This document shows, in pieces, positions 21,397 to 28,638 of a stretch of 32,000 nt of DNA; position 1 is the first letter of the stretch; every line of letters begins with the position of its first letter. The notes under the pieces are model-generated. The model had not been told where the DNA came from. It searched no databases and saw only the letters and a program-made list of their open reading frames with translations. Position numbers and translations under genes: made by a program. Origin of the DNA: Candidatus Methanosuratincola verstraetei (GTDB lineage Archaea > Thermoproteota > Methanomethylicia > Methanomethylicales > Methanomethylicaceae); assembly GCA_049570475.1 (NCBI GenBank), contig CP186953.1, positions 803,847 to 835,846 on the forward strand, in the 5' to 3' direction.

Positions 21397-21539
21397 ACAT
21401 TTTTTATAACGGCTTTATTTAAAAGTTTTTGCAAGCGTTCGCCCTGAAAACTCTGCGGCTCTCCTAAAAACAAAATTTTTCTACTTGCTCGTTCCTTATT
21501 GTGCTCGATCCGTTAATCTTTGCCTTTTTCAAAACAAGT

Positions 21540-22595
21540 TTAGGATGGTCGTTCGACCTTTTCAATACGCGTGAATTCCAATATCTTCCTGATCTTGGCT
21601 TCAAGTTCTGCTAAATCCGTAAATGGGATCTCTTTTGCATCTTTGAATAGTCGTTCTCTAATGAGCTTCCCTGCCAAATCATCAGTCCCCCTCTCAAGGG
21701 TAAAAATTACAGACCCTGTTGCATAATTCTTTTCTGTGCAGATCCCGTCTTCATCCCCGTCAGTAACACCAATTACTGGCACACCATATCTGCTTAGTAT
21801 GTTGCCAGCAGTCTTTGTCGTGTCATCTCCCACCGTTATAACGGCAGACGCTTCTTTGCATTTATGAGCAAGCTTTTCAGCGTCGTGGTCAATTATACAG
21901 ACGATTTCTTTCTTCTCAGTAGGTTTCACTTTTGGCGTATTCTGGGTTCTTCTAATCGTGCCGCTGCGCACTATCGCCTTGTCGAGTCCTTCAAGCTTTA
22001 ACCTGCTCAAAACGTGCTCTTTAACTTCAACTCCAGAAAACTTTATTTTTCCATATCTGTCTTCAAAAAGCTCGACCATATCGCTAACAGCCTTGCCAAC
22101 TACCACCCCATTTATCCACACATTTTCCCCTTTGATTGCTCCTGAGATCCTCCGGGCCCTCGGCGGAATCTGGTCTTTTTTTGTTGGAAGTATTAGCCTC
22201 TTTGATAACTTATCCGAGATCCATTTTGCCAAATCGTCTCCTTTAGCGTTCCAGCTTATAACAAAATCTCTATCTACCTGAACTAACGGTTTTGTCACCC
22301 CTGCCCTCGAAGCCACAGCCCTGCCAAACTCTATTCCCGTCTCTTCTTGTTTGCAATAATTTACAAGAACTAAAACATCCGCCTCAGCCTCAAGCCTTTT
22401 GAGTGCCTCTGAGGGAAGCTCAACTCTTGAAATCTCGATTATATCTTCGAGCCCGGCGTCAATGGCTGCAATAACCCCTGTTGACCCGCCAACGCACGCT
22501 TTTACCTCCCCGTAGTTTGAAAGCAAATCTATTACCTGCGTCGCTAAACCCGTATCGATCGCTTCTGGTCCATGTATTACAATACCGCATTTCAT
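21540..22595 (-). CDS. Conserved archaeal protein of unknown function (multi-domain)
   Basis: A 352-aa ORF from MKCGIVIHGPEA (ATG 22595). It has a central GENVWINGVVVGKAV segment and a C-terminal acidic segment, IVCIIDHDAE...VIGVTDGDEDG, that resembles a Toprim-type E...DxDxxG arrangement. I recognise no confident family. Confidence 0.6.
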   Translation of the reverse strand: MKCGIVIHGPEAIDTGLATQVIDLLSNYGEVKACVGGSTGVIAAIDAGLEDIIEISRVELPSEALKRLEAEADVLVLVNYCKQEETGIEFGRAVASRAGVTKPLVQVDRDFVISWNAKGDDLAKWISDKLSKRLILPTKKDQIPPRARRISGAIKGENVWINGVVVGKAVSDMVELFEDRYGKIKFSGVEVKEHVLSRLKLEGLDKAIVRSGTIRRTQNTPKVKPTEKKEIVCIIDHDAEKLAHKCKEASAVITVGDDTTKTAGNILSRYGVPVIGVTDGDEDGICTEKNYATGSVIFTLERGTDDLAGKLIRERLFKDAKEIPFTDLAELEAKIRKILEFTRIEKVERPS

Positions 22596-22730
22596 TCCTG
22601 CCACCCGTGAAAGTTGGCATTTACAGCGACGAAAATATTTCAAAAGCTGACTTTTATCACTCTCTTTTTGTGTTAATTTATGAAACAAAAGTTATAAGCA
22701 GTCATTGCAATAAATATTAATGGTGGTTTA

Positions 22731-22970
22731 ATGCCCCTCGCCTTTGTGTTGGTTAATGTCGAAGCAGGAACAGATAGAGAGGTCCTTGAGAACATCAAAA
22801 AGATACCTGAAGTCAAAACGGCTTACATGGTTTATGGAGTCTATGATATAATTGTCATGATCGAGTCCGATACCCTTGAGAAGCTGCGAGAGATGGTGAC
22901 CAAGAAGATCCGGCAGTTGGACAAAGTACGTTCCACGATGACCATGATAGTTATGGAAGAAGGTCAGTAA
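22731..22970 (+). CDS. Stand-alone Lrp/AsnC ligand-binding (RAM) domain protein
   Basis: A 79-aa product, FVLVNVEAGTDREVLENIKKIPEVKTAYMVYGVYDIIVMIE...L. It has the typical RAM-domain pattern without an HTH. Confidence 0.75.
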   Translation: MPLAFVLVNVEAGTDREVLENIKKIPEVKTAYMVYGVYDIIVMIESDTLEKLREMVTKKIRQLDKVRSTMTMIVMEEGQ

Positions 22971-23008
22971 GAGTAAGGTTTAAAAACCCCCTGCTTTTTC
23001 TATATTTC

Positions 23009-23132
23009 GGCACGCCGGCCAAAGTTGGTGGGTTCCACCCGTTCCCATCCCGAACACGGTAGTTAAACCACCAAACGTCTGCGGTTGTACTGGACGCCGA
23101 GAGGGTCCGGGAACCCGCGGAAGCTGGCGGCC
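23009..23132 (+). rRNA. rrf: 5S rRNA
   Basis: The terminal helix is GGC(A)CGCCGGC ... GCUGGCGGCC. It carries the conserved CCCGUUCCCAUCCCGAACACGGUAGUUAAAC block. Confidence 0.9.
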
Positions 23133-23254
23133 TCTTCATCTTTTAAAGCCTTGAAATTAACCAAATAAATATAACCAAGAATGATGTCAAAAATAACGTT
23201 CTCGTGGTGGAAAGCGTGCTTCCCATAAATCAAGGTCTATTCGGCGGAGGCGAC

Positions 23255-24337
23255 ATGACCTCCGTGCTCCTTAATATCGTATGGATGGTGCTGTTCTTTG
23301 CAGTTATCATCACTTTTAATCAGCGGTTACAGCTCTATTCCTATCAAAGGAATGTAGAGAAAGCTGTTGTCCGTTTGGAAGAACTTGCGACAAAGAGCAA
23401 AGAGGATGCAATTAACAGCATCAAGTCATTTGCTCCTGAAGGAATAGACCTGCGTGGGGACATTTCGGGTTTCCTCGAATTCTTCACAATTGAGCCGGTA
23501 AGCCTTGACCCCTTCGGAGTGCTAAAAAGATTGGAGCACCTGCTTGACATTAGGCGTTCGCGGTCTGTAGAATTTGTATCCCGGATTGCACCAAAGGCAA
23601 CAAAGACCGAAAAAGAGAACATTGAAGTGATACTGGAAGCAGCGACTGCAGTAAATTACATATACAAAGTGGTAAGGCACTTCTTGCTTCTAGGCAAGAA
23701 AACAAAGAGTCTGATGATTTTTGTCCAGCTCGACATGCAGTTACCCATGATAATGAAACAGGCCGAGGCATACTATGCTGCCCAAACTACATTCACGGCT
23801 GGGAAGCCTATAGGCGATGGGCTTGGGCCGCTCGTAGCATCAAAACTCATCTTCGGATCGCCACAAAAGAGGATCGCAGAGGACATAATTTACTCTGAAG
23901 TTGATATTGAAAAAAGGAAAGTCATTGTACTCAAGGCAGAAGGTCCAGGGGGCGTTGTAGGGAAGCCAGGAGAGGCAGTCAAGGAATTGGTGGAAGGGTT
24001 GGAAGGAAAAGTCAGCCGGATAATCATGATCGATGCCGCCTCGAAATTGGAAGGTGAAAACACAGGAGAAGTTGTTGAGGGAGTGGGCGCAGCGATAGGC
24101 GATCCTGGTCCCGAGAAATACAAGATAGAAGAGGTGGCAGTAAAATACAAGATCCCAATAGACGCAATCGTATGTAAGATGGGGCTAGAAGAGGCATTGA
24201 CAACTATAAAGAAGGAGGTAGTCGAAGCCTCCGATGTAATAGTTGAGCGCGTAAAGAAAATGATCTCAGAAAGGACCAAAGAAGGAGATATAGTGATCGT
24301 TGCGGGGATCGGCAATACCATGGGAGTAGGGCAATGA
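23255..24337 (+). CDS. Membrane-anchored protein of unknown function (DUF1512-like)
   Basis: An N-terminal TM helix (LLNIVWMVLFFAVIITF) precedes a large soluble part ending in GPGGVVGKPGEAV...DAASKLEGENTGEVVEGVGAAIGDPGPEKY. The ATG at 23255 is preceded by GGCGGAGG. The family assignment is from memory and is tentative. Confidence 0.6.
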   Translation: MTSVLLNIVWMVLFFAVIITFNQRLQLYSYQRNVEKAVVRLEELATKSKEDAINSIKSFAPEGIDLRGDISGFLEFFTIEPVSLDPFGVLKRLEHLLDIRRSRSVEFVSRIAPKATKTEKENIEVILEAATAVNYIYKVVRHFLLLGKKTKSLMIFVQLDMQLPMIMKQAEAYYAAQTTFTAGKPIGDGLGPLVASKLIFGSPQKRIAEDIIYSEVDIEKRKVIVLKAEGPGGVVGKPGEAVKELVEGLEGKVSRIIMIDAASKLEGENTGEVVEGVGAAIGDPGPEKYKIEEVAVKYKIPIDAIVCKMGLEEALTTIKKEVVEASDVIVERVKKMISERTKEGDIVIVAGIGNTMGVGQ

Positions 24338-24705
24338 AGGTGGTTATGGTGCAAAAATCTCAAAGAAATACGATTGTTTCTATAGTACTCACATTGATCG
24401 CATTTGTGTTATTCATTTCAGTTTCTCTGTTTGAAGAGCTGGCTGACTTGAGTATGGTAATTATGATAGTGGGTCTTGTGCTTCTCGCCGCGTCTTGGGG
24501 CGTATACTTCCTTTCAGGCAAATCTGCTCCAAAAGAAGAGGTTGAAAATGTAATAACTGTGATAGCTTGCAGAAACTGCGGGCAAGTTGAGGAAAGGAGT
24601 TTCGCCCCTGGTGATTACATCTTTAAGGACATGGGGCAATGCAAAAAATGCTCTGGGCCTTCATTCATAAAATCGATCTACTCCATCTCTCCTAAGAAGG
24701 AATAA
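24334..24705 (+). CDS. Two-TM protein with C-terminal CxxC...CxxC zinc ribbon
   Basis: ATGA start/stop overlap with the upstream gene. Two hydrophobic helices are followed by CRNCGQ...CKKCSG. Confidence 0.55.
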   Translation: MKVVMVQKSQRNTIVSIVLTLIAFVLFISVSLFEELADLSMVIMIVGLVLLAASWGVYFLSGKSAPKEEVENVITVIACRNCGQVEERSFAPGDYIFKDMGQCKKCSGPSFIKSIYSISPKKE

Positions 24706-24708
24706 AGC

Positions 24709-25179
24709 TTGAAACTCCCCCTCTTAGCTGTCGGAGGAACATTCGATCACTTTCACAAGGGCCACGAATCGCTTCTTTTGAAGGCATTCGAGTTGGGAGA
24801 AGTTGTCATCGTCGGAGTAACTTCTGATGAATTTGCAAAGAAGATGGGTAAAAATGAAATCCAGGACTTTAACCAAAGGATGGGTCAGGTTAAAGCCTTT
24901 CTCATTATACAGCACCTGATCGAAAGAGCTAAACTGATTGAGCTTCATGATGCGTTTGGCCCCCTCTCGGAAGATCCTGGAGTATGCGGCGTAGTGGTGA
25001 CCCAGGAAACGCTCGAGAATGCTGAGAGGGCCAACCGAATAAGGCTCGAGAAGGGCATGCCGCCCTTAAAAATATTTGTTCATGATTTTTTGCTTGCTAA
25101 AGACGGCAGACCGATCTCTTCCTCCAGGATAAGGAATAAAGAGATAGACGAACGAGGTTATGTGCTAAGAAAGAATTGA
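24709..25179 (+). CDS. coaD: Phosphopantetheine adenylyltransferase, archaeal type
   Basis: AVGGTFDHFHKGHESLL nucleotidyltransferase signature and C-terminal ISSSRIR. TTG start. Confidence 0.8.
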   Translation: MKLPLLAVGGTFDHFHKGHESLLLKAFELGEVVIVGVTSDEFAKKMGKNEIQDFNQRMGQVKAFLIIQHLIERAKLIELHDAFGPLSEDPGVCGVVVTQETLENAERANRIRLEKGMPPLKIFVHDFLLAKDGRPISSSRIRNKEIDERGYVLRKN

Positions 25180-25199
25180 GCTGCGAAGGGGTTGTTGGG

Positions 25200-26666
25200 A
25201 TGTCTCTCAGCCAATCAGAAGTCGAATTTCTCAATACCCTTGATCTGCTCGGTGGGAAGGCAGACTCCTCGACCATCGCTAGTAAGATGGGCATTCCTGA
25301 AAGTTCAATATTTCCGATCTCAAGCCTTTTGGCACAAAAAGGTTATGTTAAGATCACCGAATCGGTAAAGGAAAAATTCTTTCTGACTGATGAGGGAAAG
25401 TACTGCGAATCTCAAGGCATGCCCGAAAAAAGGCTTATGGTCTTCCTGAAGCAAAAAGGAGGCCAAGTTTCCCTGAAGGAGTTGTCTGCCGTCCTAAAAC
25501 AAAACGAGATATCGCCTGTCCTTGGTTGGGGCAGAAAAACTGGGGCCTTCTCGATTGAGAAGGGACCCGGCGGTCCATATGTTATCCTGAAAAAAGATGT
25601 GCCTAGCTATTATGGATCCCTGCTCACCAAAATTAAAAACGGTCCGCAATCTTTTGACGAGGAAGAATGCAATATTTTGCGGGAACTCATATCTAGAGGC
25701 CTTGTCGTCAAGAAAGATCAAAAAGAAATTGTAATTGAATTAGTCCCAGGTGCACACCTAGATCGAAGGGCAACCGTGAGCGTTCTGACCTCTGATGACA
25801 TAAGGACTGGGAAATGGCGCGAGATCAGCCTGCGTCCTTATAATGTATCCGCCGCGCCACCCGAGCTCAAAATTGGCAAAAAACACCCTTACCTGGAGTT
25901 CCTGAAGGAAGTAAAGGAAATCCTTTTCAATATGGGTTTTGAAGAGACTGAAGGCCAATTCGTCGAAACGGAATTTTGGAATTTTGATGTTCTCTTTCAG
26001 GCTCAAGACCATCCTGCTCGAGCAGTCCATGACAGCTTCCAAGTAAAGAACGTGAGTGTAAGCATTGATGCCCCGTCAGAGCTTATTGAATCCGTTAGAG
26101 CCGTGCATGAATCAGGGGGGCATACTGGATCGAAGGGGTGGGGCTACAGATGGGATATTGCGACGGCAGCACGTCCTCTGCTGAGGACTCAGATGACCGT
26201 AAATTCTGTCCGTTATTTGCATTCCCATAAGGACCCCCCGGTCAAGGCATTTAGCCTCTCAAAGGTCTTCAGACCCGATTTGATCGATTCGCGCCACATG
26301 GTCGAATTTTGCCAGCTTGACGGGATAGTCGGAGATCGTGGAATCAATGTAAGGCATCTGCTAGGGATTTTGCAGGAATTTTCGAGGCAGCTAGGATTTA
26401 AACGCATAAAGTTCAGGCCGAGTTATTACCCGTTCACCGAACCGAGCATTGATGCTTATGTCGAGCACCCGAAGTTAGGTTGGATAGAGTGCCTGGGAGC
26501 TGGGATGTTCCGACCCGAGGTCTTGGGTCCACTCGGGATTACATTTCCAGTGATAGCCTGGGGAATCGGCATAGACCGGTTAGCCATGATCCGTTTGGGC
26601 ATTAATGATATCCGAGAGCTCCATACTAACGACTTGAGCAAACTCAGGAGTTGGGGGTGGTGGTAG
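25200..26666 (+). CDS. pheS: Phenylalanine-tRNA ligase alpha subunit
   Basis: Archaeal-type N-terminal winged-helix repeats and a class II core: HPARAVHDSF, FRPD...H..EFCQLDG and AWGIGIDRL. Confidence 0.9.
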   Translation: MSLSQSEVEFLNTLDLLGGKADSSTIASKMGIPESSIFPISSLLAQKGYVKITESVKEKFFLTDEGKYCESQGMPEKRLMVFLKQKGGQVSLKELSAVLKQNEISPVLGWGRKTGAFSIEKGPGGPYVILKKDVPSYYGSLLTKIKNGPQSFDEEECNILRELISRGLVVKKDQKEIVIELVPGAHLDRRATVSVLTSDDIRTGKWREISLRPYNVSAAPPELKIGKKHPYLEFLKEVKEILFNMGFEETEGQFVETEFWNFDVLFQAQDHPARAVHDSFQVKNVSVSIDAPSELIESVRAVHESGGHTGSKGWGYRWDIATAARPLLRTQMTVNSVRYLHSHKDPPVKAFSLSKVFRPDLIDSRHMVEFCQLDGIVGDRGINVRHLLGILQEFSRQLGFKRIKFRPSYYPFTEPSIDAYVEHPKLGWIECLGAGMFRPEVLGPLGITFPVIAWGIGIDRLAMIRLGINDIRELHTNDLSKLRSWGWW

Positions 26667-26669
26667 GGC

Positions 26670-28337
26670 ATGCCGGTAATAACCTTGAATAGAGCAGATC
26701 TCTCGTCTCTTGTCGGTAAAGATCTCGCGCCTTCAGAGCTTGAAGATCTTTTGACAGCAATGAAATGCGAGTTAGAGTCTTCCAATGGCATGGAAATAGT
26801 TGTAGAGGTCACATCCGATCGACCTGACCTTTTCAGCGCAGAGGGAATGTCAAGGGCCATCAGAAACTACCTTGGGATCGGTTCATTTTATAGCTACAAA
26901 GAATATGCAGGTTCCCCAATAGAACTGATAGTTTCAGAGTCTGTTGATGCGGTTCGCCCCTTGATTGTAGCTGCTGCTGTGAAGGGGGTATCGCTGAATG
27001 AAGAGGCATTGCGTCAGCTGATGCAGCTGCAAGAGAAGCTTCACAACACCTATGGGTCAAATAGAAGGAAGGCTTCGATAGGAGTTTACGATTTAGATAA
27101 GATCTCTCCTCCTTTGGTTTACGAAGCAAGACTGCCAGAAAAAATACGTTTCACCCCCTTGGATCACCCCTCAGAATTAAGCGGAAGGGAAGTGCTTGAG
27201 CTCACTCCTAAAGGAAAAGAGTACGCAGATATAATCTCAAAAAGCCTGCTCTTCCCGCTTTTGGTCGATTCTAAAGATAAAGTCCTGTCGATGCCCCCTA
27301 TTATAAACAGCGAGGAAACCCGGGTGTCTGAAGCAACTACTAACCTTTTAATCGACGTAACTGGACTTGACACGAGGTCCATTAACATCTGCCTTAACAT
27401 AATGACAACTTCGGCTCTGGAGAGGGGCGGCTCGCTGCAGTTCGTCGAGGTGAAAAAAAAGGGCAAGGTTTCGAGAACGCCCATCTTGGCAGAGTCTTTT
27501 CAGAATCTTAAGCTTGCAAGAGCTAAGGAGATTTCAGGCTTAGATCTAACAACTTCGGAGGTCATTTCTCTACTTAAGCGAATGGGGTACGCGACTGAAA
27601 CCCTCCCAGACGGGGCAATACGAGCGAAAATACCGCCCTACAGGGTGGATATACTGCATGAGGTCGACTTAATAGAGGACGTTATGATGGCATACGGCCT
27701 TAACCAAGTCCCGCCACTTTTCCCAAGAGTCCATACGATCGGGAAACCGTTGGAGGGAAGCAGGCTGAGGGAAAGAATAAGGGATCTCATGATCGGTATG
27801 GGGTTCATAGAGGTAGCAACATATGTTCTCAGTAGCCGTGATTTGATTGTGGAAAAGCCAATGCTTCATGAACGCCCGTTGGTCGAAGTAGCGAAGCCGG
27901 TGTCATCGGAATATGCTTTGCTCCGCGACATGTTGCTGCCAAAGCTGTTGGGCTTTATGTCGGCAAATGCCCATGTTGATTATCCACAAAAAATCTTCGA
28001 ATACGGACCAGTAGTCATCCTCGAGAATGGTGCCCCGAAAATGGCTAACCATCTCGGCGCAGTCGCGAGCGACGCCCGTGTGAGTTTTGAAGAGATCCAG
28101 GCGGTGGCTTTCTCGTTGTTTAAAAATCTCTCTAAGGACGTAGAACTAAAGCGGGCGTCCTCCCGGCTGTTCATCGATGGCAGGGTCGCAAGCATTAATG
28201 TTGACGGCATGGAAATAGGCATCCTTGGGGAAATCCATCCCCAAATTTTAGTGAATTTTGGCATCTTTAATCCTGCTGTAGCAATGGAAGTAGATTTCAC
28301 AAAATTGGTGCATTTAGAAAGTTTATTTCGGGGCTGA
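26670..28337 (+). CDS. pheT: Phenylalanine-tRNA ligase beta subunit
   Basis: MPVITLNRADL...TSDRPDL, B3/4 and B5 domains (PPYRVDILHEVDLIEDV). It lies directly downstream of pheS. Confidence 0.9.
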   Translation: MPVITLNRADLSSLVGKDLAPSELEDLLTAMKCELESSNGMEIVVEVTSDRPDLFSAEGMSRAIRNYLGIGSFYSYKEYAGSPIELIVSESVDAVRPLIVAAAVKGVSLNEEALRQLMQLQEKLHNTYGSNRRKASIGVYDLDKISPPLVYEARLPEKIRFTPLDHPSELSGREVLELTPKGKEYADIISKSLLFPLLVDSKDKVLSMPPIINSEETRVSEATTNLLIDVTGLDTRSINICLNIMTTSALERGGSLQFVEVKKKGKVSRTPILAESFQNLKLARAKEISGLDLTTSEVISLLKRMGYATETLPDGAIRAKIPPYRVDILHEVDLIEDVMMAYGLNQVPPLFPRVHTIGKPLEGSRLRERIRDLMIGMGFIEVATYVLSSRDLIVEKPMLHERPLVEVAKPVSSEYALLRDMLLPKLLGFMSANAHVDYPQKIFEYGPVVILENGAPKMANHLGAVASDARVSFEEIQAVAFSLFKNLSKDVELKRASSRLFIDGRVASINVDGMEIGILGEIHPQILVNFGIFNPAVAMEVDFTKLVHLESLFRG

Positions 28338-28341
28338 GCAG

Positions 28342-28349
28342 ATAATATA
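28342..28349 (+). promoter_or_regulatory. TATA-like box preceding structured element R1
   Basis: ATAATATA lies 4 nt after the pheT stop and about 25 nt upstream of the 5' arm of the R1 terminal stem. Confidence 0.35.
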
Positions 28350-28370
28350 GTGCGATGAAGTGGGAGCTGA

Positions 28371-28474
28371 GCGCAGCAGGACGAAATCGCGGGTAGAAGG
28401 AGTCAATCGAGAAGAGCGCAAGCTCAGCGATGAGTGCGACCTAACCCACACCCGCAACAGTCCTGCTGTGTTTT
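28371..28474 (+). ncRNA. Candidate structured small RNA R1 (class unknown)
   Basis: A 9-bp perfect terminal stem, CAGCAGGAC (28374-28382) / GUCCUGCUG (28460-28468), extends to 12 bp with G:U pairs. A second stem is GCGGGU (28389-28394) / ACCCGC (28450-28455). An apical hairpin, GAGC-GCAA-GCUC (28414-28425), has a GNRA loop. The element ends in UUUU (28471-28474). Confidence 0.4.
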
Positions 28475-28486
28475 CCAAGAATCAAC

Positions 28487-28494
28487 TTAAATAG
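28487..28494 (+). promoter_or_regulatory. TATA-like box preceding R2 / tyrS
   Basis: TTAAATAG sits in the only AT-rich stretch between R1 and tyrS. It would put the TSS near 28515-28520. No A/T box exists 25-30 nt upstream of the tyrS ATG. Confidence 0.4.
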
Positions 28495-28518
28495 GTAAAC
28501 TTGAAATTAATGGTCATT

Positions 28519-28630
28519 GGCAGCCGCCGGACACTGCCCGGTGTAGAGAGCCCATCCGAGCGGGAAGGAATTTCCCTCAATGGGGTTGGGTGTTAGCATC
28601 GGGCTACACGGTGGCTGCCGTCTAGGCTGG
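28519..28630 (+). promoter_or_regulatory. Structured GC-rich element R2, probable 5' leader of tyrS (or independent RNA)
   Basis: Basal helix GGCAGCC (28519-28525) / GGCUGCC (28613-28619). Next helix GUGUAG (28541-28546) / CUACAC (28604-28609), then CCC/GGG. The apical hairpin is CCAU-CC-GAG-C-GGGAA-GGAA-UUUCC-CUC-A-AUGG (28552-28583) with a GGAA tetraloop. Confidence 0.4.
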
Positions 28631-28638
28631 TATAGGAT

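Noticed and set aside
28510-28620. 36-codon ORF (MVIGSRRTLPGVESPSEREGISLNGVGC) upstream of tyrS as a leader peptide.
   Set aside because: It contains no Tyr codons, so it does not fit an attenuation leader. It coincides with strongly paired GC-rich helices, and its ATG lies slightly upstream of the TSS predicted from the TATA box. It is not excluded without ribosome profiling.
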